Assembly: GCA_036656055.1 (NCBI GenBank)
Contig: JAVVOY010000004.1
Location: forward strand, 12,841-76,840
DNA: 64,000 nt
Direction: 5' to 3'
Origin: Bacteroidales bacterium
GTDB lineage: Bacteria; Bacteroidota; Bacteroidia; Bacteroidales; G3-4614
Every line of letters starts with the position of its first letter. The stretch's first letter is position 1. Below are positions 56,685 to 64,000 of this stretch, piece by piece. The notes under the pieces were generated by a model. The model had not been told where the DNA came from, ran no database searches, and was given only the letters and a program-made list of their open reading frames with translations. Made by a program: the position numbers and the translations under genes.

Positions 56685-59294
56685 ATGGCTAACGATATTG
56701 TTGAGACCCCTCTTATGAAGCAGTATATTGAGATGAAAGGGAAACATCCCGACGCTATCCTGCTGTTCAGAGTGGGGGACTTTTACGAAACGTTTTCGGA
56801 AGATGCTATCGCAGCCTCTGAGATACTCGGCATAACGCTAACCCGCCGCGCAAACGGAACGGCGCAGTTTGTAGAACTTGCAGGGTTTCCTCATCACGCA
56901 TTAGACACTTACATGCCCAAATTAGTACGCGCCGGTAAACGTGTGGCAATCTGCGAACAACTTGAAGATCCGAAACTGACAAAGAAGCTTGTAAAACGCG
57001 GAATAATAGAGCTTATAACTCCAGGGGTATCAATAAATGATAATGTACTAAATCACAAAGAGAATAACTTTGTTGCAGCAGTACATTTCGACCGCCACTC
57101 CTGCGGAGTTTCGTTTCTTGATATATCTACCGGCGAGTTTCTGACCGCCGAAGGCGAATATGACCATATAGACAAGTTATTGAACAGTTTTGCTCCGAAA
57201 GAGATATTAGTTGAACGAGGGAAACAGGAGACTTTTGAAAAGAAGTTCGGACAAAAATTTCTTATATTTGAGCTAGACGACTGGATATTTACTTCAAATG
57301 CTGCCAATGAACGCCTGCTGAAACATTTTGATACTAAAAGTCTTAAGGGGTTTGGAATACAACACCTCAAACTTGGAGTTATTGCGGCAGGAGCAATTCT
57401 CCATTATTTAGACATAACACAACATAAACAAATATCGCATATAACTTCAATCTCCCGCATAGAAGAGGAGCGATACGTAAGACTCGACAAATTTACACTG
57501 CGAAGCCTTGAGTTACTGGGGACAATGAACGAAGGCGGCAAATCGCTTTTAGATGTAATTGACCGCACAATATCTCCTATGGGCGGGCGTATGCTGAAAC
57601 GTTGGCTTACATTCCCACTGAAGGATATTAAGGCAATAAACCGCAGGCTGGATGTGGTAGATTACTTCTTCCGAGATCCTGATTCAAAAATAGCATTTGA
57701 GGAACAACTATCGTTTGTTGGCGATCTTGAAAGGCTTACATCTAAAGTGGCTGTTGGGCGGATAACTCCGCGAGAGATAGCCCAATTACGTGTAGCCCTT
57801 ACAGCTGTAACGCCTATAAAAAAAATATGTGAGGAGAGCGGAGATATAGTCCTTTCAACAATAGGGAAAGAGCTTAATACCTGTGACGCAATCCGCGACA
57901 AAATAGAGAGAGAGATAAACCCTGATGCTCCGGCACTCATAAGCCGCGGTAGTATTATTAGGCGCGGAGTGAATAAAGAGTTAGATGAACTGCGCGAACT
58001 TTCGGGATCGGGTAAGGAGTACCTTATGCGATTACAGCAGCGGGAGAGTGAACGGACAGGAATTCCAAGCCTAAAGATAAGCTTTAATAACGTCTTTGGT
58101 TATTATATTGAAGTCCGCAACACACATAAGGATAAAGTTCCTTCAGAGTGGATAAGAAAACAGACGTTGGCTAACGCCGAACGTTATATTACTGAGGAGC
58201 TGAAAGAGTACGAAGAGAAAATACTGGGGGCTGAAGAGAAGATATCAGCAATTGAGTTGAGTTTGTTCAACGAACTTGTATCAGCAACGGCAGATTATAT
58301 TCCGGCAATGCAGCATAATGCTAATATACTTGCACAAATAGACTGCCTGCTTTCGTTCACAACAGTTGCCCGTGAGAACAGGTATATCCGCCCTGTACTG
58401 GACGATTCGCTTAAATTGGAGATAGAGGAGGGGCGACATCCGGTAATAGAAAGGCTTCTTCCTCCGGGCGAAGAGTATATCTCCAACTCGGTACAACTCG
58501 ACAACGACACTCAACAAATAATAATAATAACAGGCCCTAATATGGCAGGAAAATCAGCTCTGCTACGCCAGACAGCTCTTATCGTAATTATGGCACAGAT
58601 AGGGTGTTTTGTTCCTGCGGCATCAGCAAGAATCGGGATTGTCGACAAAGTTTTCACTCGCGTAGGAGCTTCGGACAATATATCACTTGGAGAATCCACT
58701 TTCATGGTGGAGATGAACGAGGCGGCAGAGATACTTAACAACATGTCTGAACGTAGTCTCGTACTGTTTGATGAACTTGGAAGAGGAACAAGTACCTACG
58801 ATGGGATTTCTATTGCATGGGCTATTGTGGAGTATATTCATGAAAACGAACGCGCACACGCAAAGACACTTTTTGCTACTCACTACCATGAGCTTAACGA
58901 AATGGAAAAGAACTTTTCACGTATAGCCAACTACAATGTATCGGTAAAGGAGGTGGAAAATAAGGTTGTTTTTCTGCGAAAACTTGTAAGCGGAGGGAGT
59001 GAACACAGCTTTGGAATACACGTTGCAAAGATGGCAGGAATGCCACAGAATATAGTAAAACGGGCAGACGATATTCTAAAACAGCTTGAAAAGGGAAGTG
59101 GCGAAAAGGGGGTAAGTAAACCTATCCCTACGGCAAGCAAAGCCGGAGGAATGCAGTTATCGCTTTACCAATTGGACGATCCTCTGCTAAGTAGCATACG
59201 TAATGAGATATTAGGTCTTGATATAAATAACCTTACTCCCATGCAAGCGCTCAATAAGCTAAACGACATAAAAAAAATACTGCTAGGAAAATAA
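56685..59294 (+). CDS. mutS: DNA mismatch repair protein MutS
   Basis: 869 aa. N-terminal mismatch-binding TPLMKQY...GDFYE, Walker A GPNMAGKS, and [12 protein letters not shown]. Confidence 0.98.
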   Translation: MANDIVETPLMKQYIEMKGKHPDAILLFRVGDFYETFSEDAIAASEILGITLTRRANGTAQFVELAGFPHHALDTYMPKLVRAGKRVAICEQLEDPKLTKKLVKRGIIELITPGVSINDNVLNHKENNFVAAVHFDRHSCGVSFLDISTGEFLTAEGEYDHIDKLLNSFAPKEILVERGKQETFEKKFGQKFLIFELDDWIFTSNAANERLLKHFDTKSLKGFGIQHLKLGVIAAGAILHYLDITQHKQISHITSISRIEEERYVRLDKFTLRSLELLGTMNEGGKSLLDVIDRTISPMGGRMLKRWLTFPLKDIKAINRRLDVVDYFFRDPDSKIAFEEQLSFVGDLERLTSKVAVGRITPREIAQLRVALTAVTPIKKICEESGDIVLSTIGKELNTCDAIRDKIEREINPDAPALISRGSIIRRGVNKELDELRELSGSGKEYLMRLQQRESERTGIPSLKISFNNVFGYYIEVRNTHKDKVPSEWIRKQTLANAERYITEELKEYEEKILGAEEKISAIELSLFNELVSATADYIPAMQHNANILAQIDCLLSFTTVARENRYIRPVLDDSLKLEIEEGRHPVIERLLPPGEEYISNSVQLDNDTQQIIIITGPNMAGKSALLRQTALIVIMAQIGCFVPAASARIGIVDKVFTRVGASDNISLGESTFMVEMNEAAEILNNMSERSLVLFDELGRGTSTYDGISIAWAIVEYIHENERAHAKTLFATHYHELNEMEKNFSRIANYNVSVKEVENKVVFLRKLVSGGSEHSFGIHVAKMAGMPQNIVKRADDILKQLEKGSGEKGVSKPIPTASKAGGMQLSLYQLDDPLLSSIRNEILGLDINNLTPMQALNKLNDIKKILLGK

Positions 59295-59348
59295 TAATAC
59301 TCTGTAATTATAGGATATTAATAAAGAATTTGTTTAAATTTTTACAGG

Positions 59349-60602
59349 ATGCAACGCAATGATTTTGAAATAATGGCTCCGGTAGGTTCGTATGAATCGC
59401 TCTCGGCAGCTATACAAGGAGGAGCTGATTCGGTATATTTCGGAGTGGAGGGATTGAACATGCGTTCACGCTCGTCCAATAATTTTACTCTTGACGATTT
59501 ACGCAATATATCTTCTATTTGCCGCGAACACGGCATAAAAAGCTACCTGACCGTAAACACCGTAATTTACGACAACGATCTTCCGCTGATGCGCCAGATA
59601 ATAGACACAGTAAAAGAGTCCGGCACGTCGGCTATAATAGCTTCGGATATTGCTGCGATGAAATATGCAAACTCCATAGGAGTAGAAGTTCATTTGTCAA
59701 CACAACTTAACATCTCAAATACAGAGGCGTTGCGCTTTTATTCGCAATTTGCCGATGTTGTAGTGCTCGCCCGAGAATTGAATATGGAGCAGACGGCCGA
59801 AATATACAGAAATATTATCGAAAGCGAGATAAGGGGTCCCAAAGGGGAACTTATAAGGATTGAAATGTTCGCTCACGGTGCCCTCTGCATGGCGGTATCC
59901 GGTAAATGTTACCTTAGCCTACATGAAGCCAACGCCTCGGCCAACCGCGGAGCCTGTATGCAGATATGTCGCAGGGGTTATACCGTGAAAGATATTGAAA
60001 CTGATATTGAGTTGGATATAGACAACAAATACATAATGTCTCCAAAAGATCTTAAGACGATTCATTTTCTGAACAAAATGATAGATGCAGGCGTTCGTGT
60101 ATTTAAAATAGAGGGGCGCGCAAGGGGAGCAGAATATGTTAAAACAGTAACGGAGTGTTACTGTCAAGCTGTTGAAGCATCTCTTAACGGAGAGTTTACT
60201 GAAGAGCGTATATGTGAATGGGACAGAAGGCTTGCAACCGTATTTAACCGAGGTTTCTGGAACGGCTATTATTTGGGACAGAGGCTTGGGGAATGGAGTA
60301 TGAACTACGGTTCAGAGGCGACACGGCGCAAGGAATACATTGGAAAAGGGGTGAAATATTTCTCAAAGCTAAGTGTAGCTGAATTTATTATGGAGTGCGG
60401 AGAGCTTAACACCGGCGATGAAATACTTATAACAGGTCCAACAACCGGCGCAGTGACAATGAAAATTGTAGAGATGAGAGTTAATTTGGAATCTGTTCAA
60501 AAAGCCGTAAAAGGAGACCACTTCTCAATTGCCTCGGATGTAAAAATAAGACCATCGGATAAACTATTCAAATGGATTCCTATTAATAAAAGTAACCGCT
60601 GA
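59349..60602 (+). CDS. Peptidase U32 family protein (PrtC-collagenase / RNA-hydroxylase family)
   Basis: 417 aa. U32-type N-terminus EIMAPVGSYESLSAAIQGGADSVYFG and a central E-x-F-x-H-G-A-x-C segment (EMFAHGALCMAVSGKC). Confidence 0.85.
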   Translation: MQRNDFEIMAPVGSYESLSAAIQGGADSVYFGVEGLNMRSRSSNNFTLDDLRNISSICREHGIKSYLTVNTVIYDNDLPLMRQIIDTVKESGTSAIIASDIAAMKYANSIGVEVHLSTQLNISNTEALRFYSQFADVVVLARELNMEQTAEIYRNIIESEIRGPKGELIRIEMFAHGALCMAVSGKCYLSLHEANASANRGACMQICRRGYTVKDIETDIELDIDNKYIMSPKDLKTIHFLNKMIDAGVRVFKIEGRARGAEYVKTVTECYCQAVEASLNGEFTEERICEWDRRLATVFNRGFWNGYYLGQRLGEWSMNYGSEATRRKEYIGKGVKYFSKLSVAEFIMECGELNTGDEILITGPTTGAVTMKIVEMRVNLESVQKAVKGDHFSIASDVKIRPSDKLFKWIPINKSNR

Positions 60603-60646
60603 AATGGACGGCAATTGCGTTGTGCTGACAGCAATAATACAACGGA

Positions 60647-61546
60647 ATGAAATACGTAATCTCTGGTGCTTCGGGATTTATAGGGAGTGCTTTATCGAAA
60701 AGGCTTTCAAGTATGGGTGAAACCGTAGTAGAACTGTCACGCGGAGATTTTACGCCTGAAAATGAAATGATTCTTTTCTCAAAACTAAAAGGAGCTGATA
60801 TAGTGATAAATCTCGCCGGAGCTACAATAAACCGCCGTTGGACAAAACATAATAAAGCTGAGATACTTGAAAGCCGCATAGGGACGACGGACAAAATAGT
60901 AAATACCATAAACGCCCTTGAACATAAGCCTGCTCTTTTTATATCCACCTCGGCAATAGGATTATATCCGTCATTTGGGTGTTTTCGCGATATTTCAGAC
61001 ATTTATGCAAAAGGATTTCTTGCAGATGTCTGCCGCAAATGGGAAGATTCAGCAAAAAATATCTCCGCCGAAGTTCGTCTTGTCATAACTCGATTGGCTC
61101 CAGTCCTTTCAAACGATGGCGGTATATTACCTCCACTTACAAAATTGTTCAGACACCACATTGGCGGACGCATAGGTAACGGGACTCAGGTATTCTGTTG
61201 GATCATACTGAATGACCTGCTAAATATCTATACGCATATAATTACAAACAAAAGTATAACAGGGGCGGTAAACTGTGCTGCACCTGAAAGCACAGACAAC
61301 CGTACACTAACTAAAAGCCTTGCATCTAAAATTAACATTGCAGCCCCGTGGATAATCCCAAAATTCATGCTCAGATTATTTATGGGCGAATCAGCAATAA
61401 TACTTACCAAAGGCGAAGAGGCTATTCCGTATAAACTTAATGAATCGGGATTTACATTCACCTCGCACAATATAAATGATGCTCTTGAGGAGTTATACGA
61501 TAAGCCTCTCGAAATAATAAGTAATCCAACCATCATTAACATATAA
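60647..61546 (+). CDS. TIGR01777-family SDR epimerase-like protein (NAD-binding domain + DUF1731)
   Basis: 299 aa. Rossmann motif ISGASGFIGSAL. Size and C-terminal region are typical of YfcH-like proteins. Confidence 0.85.
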   Translation: MKYVISGASGFIGSALSKRLSSMGETVVELSRGDFTPENEMILFSKLKGADIVINLAGATINRRWTKHNKAEILESRIGTTDKIVNTINALEHKPALFISTSAIGLYPSFGCFRDISDIYAKGFLADVCRKWEDSAKNISAEVRLVITRLAPVLSNDGGILPPLTKLFRHHIGGRIGNGTQVFCWIILNDLLNIYTHIITNKSITGAVNCAAPESTDNRTLTKSLASKINIAAPWIIPKFMLRLFMGESAIILTKGEEAIPYKLNESGFTFTSHNINDALEELYDKPLEIISNPTIINI

Positions 61547-61603
61547 ATTCTGTTATATTCAGATAAAAATGTTAATGTACCGGCAAATTAACGAAAGTTT
61601 TTT

Positions 61604-61611
61604 TACTTTTG
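61604..61611 (+). promoter_or_regulatory. Bacteroidota -7 promoter box TACTTTTG upstream of the large TPR gene
   Basis: Exact TAnnTTTG match 79 nt upstream of the ATG at 61690. Confidence 0.45.
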
Positions 61612-61689
61612 TACTGAAGAAGCAATCTGCAATATATAAATATCATTACTATCTGAATTTAAACTGTTTCAGTGCTCGACAAAATACGT

Positions 61690-64000
61690 ATGAACAAAAG
61701 ATTAAAATATATTTTATTAATATTGACGCTAATCGCCTGCAACGTTATAGCCCAAACATCATGGGAAGCGTCACCATTGCTTCAAACCTATAAAAAGGGA
61801 GAAGGGATGTTCAGAGATGGTAATTACAGAGGAAGTCGTGATATTACAACCGAGTTTACAGAAAAGGGAGAAGATTTTAAAGTTTTATACGAAAGAGCAA
61901 AGTTTATGTGTGCCAAAGCATCATATCTCTCTGAAGACAAAGATGCTGAAACACTATTAAAAGACTTTATACAAGACAGTTATGATGCTGAAAACATACA
62001 GCAAGCACGTTTGCTCTTAGGGAATATTTATCTTGCCAAGAACGACTATAAAAAAGCGGAGGCAGAGTATGAAAAAATAAATCCTAAGGAACTAATAAGA
62101 AGCAATCGCGAGGAGTTATTGCTAAATTCAGGGTTAATAAAGTTTAAGGAGGGAGACTATGACGAAGCAATGCCACTATTTTCATCTTTAGCTTCGGAGA
62201 GCATTATATATCGTAACGACGGAATATTCTACAAGGCTTGCATAGATTATGAAAGGAATAATTATGTTGATGCTGAAAAAGGGTTTAAAATAATTGAACA
62301 CGACAAAAAATATGGTCTAACATCACAATACTACCTCATTGGAATATATTTTGCCGGGAAACGATACTCTCAGTCACTCTCTTCGGGAGAGAATCTATTA
62401 TCTGCACGTTACGGCAACGAGCAAGAGACATCTGAGATTATGAGAATATGTGGGGTGTCGGAATTTATGGGTGGCAACAGAAAGAAGTGTATATACTACC
62501 TCGAACAATATAGCAACTCGCCATCGGTCACGATTGACAACAATGCACTTTACCTATTAGGCATATCGTATTATATGGACAAACAATATACTGATGCCAT
62601 AAAAACGCTCGGGGAGGTTGCAGGAAATGATGAGGGACTTACACAGAGCGCACACATCTATTTAGGACACTCCTATATAGCCATAGGCGATAAGGATGGG
62701 GCACTGCTAGCTTATGAGCGCGCGGCAGAATCAGATGCCGATATGCAGGCAAAAGAGACTGCGCTTTACAATTATGCACTATTACTGAACGAAACATCGC
62801 TTGTTTCGTTTGAAAAATCAGTCCAAACATTTGAAAATTACCTGAATTTATTTGCTGACTCAAAAAACGCATCAGCAATAAATGAACTACTTGTAGACCG
62901 TTACTTCACTACACATAATTACGATGCTGCCCTTGTTTCGATAAACAACATAAAACGCCCTGGGGCAACAATACTGAAAGCAAAACAGGCTATACTTTAC
63001 AGGATGGGGAGTGAAGCATACATCAACAGCCGAGACGAAGAGGCATACAATCTGTTTACTCAAGCCATAAACATGGGAAACTACAACCCCGGCATTGTAG
63101 GGAAAGCCAGTTTCTGGCGTGGAGAGATAGCATACAGAGATAAAAGGTACGCTGACGCATCAGCAGATTTTTCTCAACATCTCAAAACATCTTCGCAAAC
63201 AGATCCGACGGCATATTATAATCTCGGATATATAAAGTTTAAGACCCTCGCTTACAGCGATGCCCTTGAATTTTTCAACTCTTATGTAAAGAATATTCCT
63301 GAAAACAGTGATGTAAAAGTATTATCTGACGCATGGTGTCGTATAGGAGATTGTCGCTATATGGCTAAAAATTACACAGGTGCCGATCAAGCTTATGCAA
63401 AAGCCGGTGAGTTGTCGCCTTCAACCGGCGATTATGCTCTTTTCCGACGGGGCTGGATTGCGGGATTACAAAAGAGATTCTCGGACAAGGAAAATATAAT
63501 GAGTTTATTAGTACAAAATAGTCCGGACTCTCCATACGCTCCCGGCGCAATGCTTGAAAATGGATTGGCTTTACTTGAACAAGGGAAGGTGTCTGATGCA
63601 ACTGCATGTTTCGACAAGCTATATCTGAAATACCCACAAAGCAAAGCAGCTAAGGCAGGTGCTCTGCAAACGGCAATGGCATATATAAACAACGGAGATA
63701 CTGAAAAAGCCATAGCCTCATATAAAAAAGTAATAGAGGTATATCCCGGCAGCGAAGAGGCCAGAATAGCGGCAAGCGATCTTAAAAACATATATGTGCA
63801 ACACGGCGATATTTCATCTTACACTGAATATGTGAATGGCGTAAATGTGGGTTCTATAAAATATGATGTGTCGGAGATGGATTCACTGACATTTTTAGCT
63901 GCAGAGAACAGTTTCCTTAAGTTGCCCGGAGAGAAGAGCGTTATTAAATTTTCAGATTATATACAAAACTATCCTGATGGTGCATTCGTCTCTGATGCAG
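61690..64000 (+). CDS. Large secreted tetratricopeptide-repeat protein (3' end beyond window)
   Basis: Not in the ORF track because no stop is reached. Hand translation from the ATG at 61690 gives MNKRLKYILLILTLIACNVIAQ (signal peptide), then many TPR-like units (LLLGNIYLAKNDYKKAEAEYEKI, AHIYLGHSYIAIGDKDGALLAYERA, ASFWRGEIAYRDKRYADA, AWCRIGDCRYMAKNYTGADQAYAKA). Spot-checks of the frame at several points up to 64000 found no stop. Confidence 0.85.
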   Translation, partial: MNKRLKYILLILTLIACNVIAQTSWEASPLLQTYKKGEGMFRDGNYRGSRDITTEFTEKGEDFKVLYERAKFMCAKASYLSEDKDAETLLKDFIQDSYDAENIQQARLLLGNIYLAKNDYKKAEAEYEKINPKELIRSNREELLLNSGLIKFKEGDYDEAMPLFSSLASESIIYRNDGIFYKACIDYERNNYVDAEKGFKIIEHDKKYGLTSQYYLIGIYFAGKRYSQSLSSGENLLSARYGNEQETSEIMRICGVSEFMGGNRKKCIYYLEQYSNSPSVTIDNNALYLLGISYYMDKQYTDAIKTLGEVAGNDEGLTQSAHIYLGHSYIAIGDKDGALLAYERAAESDADMQAKETALYNYALLLNETSLVSFEKSVQTFENYLNLFADSKNASAINELLVDRYFTTHNYDAALVSINNIKRPGATILKAKQAILYRMGSEAYINSRDEEAYNLFTQAINMGNYNPGIVGKASFWRGEIAYRDKRYADASADFSQHLKTSSQTDPTAYYNLGYIKFKTLAYSDALEFFNSYVKNIPENSDVKVLSDAWCRIGDCRYMAKNYTGADQAYAKAGELSPSTGDYALFRRGWIAGLQKRFSDKENIMSLLVQNSPDSPYAPGAMLENGLALLEQGKVSDATACFDKLYLKYPQSKAAKAGALQTAMAYINNGDTEKAIASYKKVIEVYPGSEEARIAASDLKNIYVQHGDISSYTEYVNGVNVGSIKYDVSEMDSLTFLAAENSFLKLPGEKSVIKFSDYIQNYPDGAFVSDA

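Noticed and set aside
1-64000. Scan for CRISPR arrays, transposases or IS ends, integrases, phage genes, restriction-modification systems or known defence systems.
   Set aside because: I found no direct-repeat/spacer arrays and no ORF with transposase, recombinase, nuclease-helicase defence or phage hallmarks. The window reads as conserved chromosomal core apart from the small items listed in the findings.

Overview
The window looks like a low-GC Bacteroidota (Bacteroidales-like) chromosomal core segment, densely packed with housekeeping genes. I base the taxon call on many intergenic matches to the Bacteroidota -7 promoter consensus TAnnTTTG, and on the lack of Shine-Dalgarno sequences. Lineage-typical genes point the same way: a CarboxypepD_reg-type TonB-dependent receptor, a WG-repeat lipoprotein, an OlsB/PlsC-like glycine-lipid gene pair, a DUF4271-HemD-like pair and DUF721 after recF. 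The centre of the window (23.6-38.6 kb) is a complete dcw cell-wall/division cluster: rsmH-ftsL-ftsI-murE-mraY-murD-ftsW-murG-murC-ftsQ-ftsA-ftsZ, with no mraZ, murF or ddl. Flanking genes cover translation and RNA (ybeY, mnmG, dtd, serS, tyrS, ychF, rnpA-yidD, tRNA-Gln, two tandem tRNA-Asn), DNA repair and replication (uvrC, polA, recF, mutS), ion homeostasis (MscS, TrkH/TrkA, CNNM/CorC) and cofactor metabolism (ribH, polyprenyl synthase). I saw no CRISPR array, transposase, integrase, phage module or recognisable defence system, so I cannot point to an obvious new multi-gene system. Several items deserve a second look:
- A concentric inverted-repeat structure with face-to-face promoter boxes, plus helically phased TTACG repeats, in the 570-bp spacer between the TonB-dependent receptor and ybeY.
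- A DUF2156 + Eis-like GNAT + SCP2-like fusion protein.
- The glycine-lipid gene pair followed on the same strand by a WG-repeat lipoprotein.
- A small signal-peptide ORF interrupted at an A8 tract upstream of tyrS.
- A two-gene orphan islet next to the tRNA-Asn pair.
- A stand-alone fucosyltransferase-like gene.
- A 55-aa ferredoxin gene missing from the ORF track.
All family assignments come from reading motifs in the translated ORFs; no database search was run.
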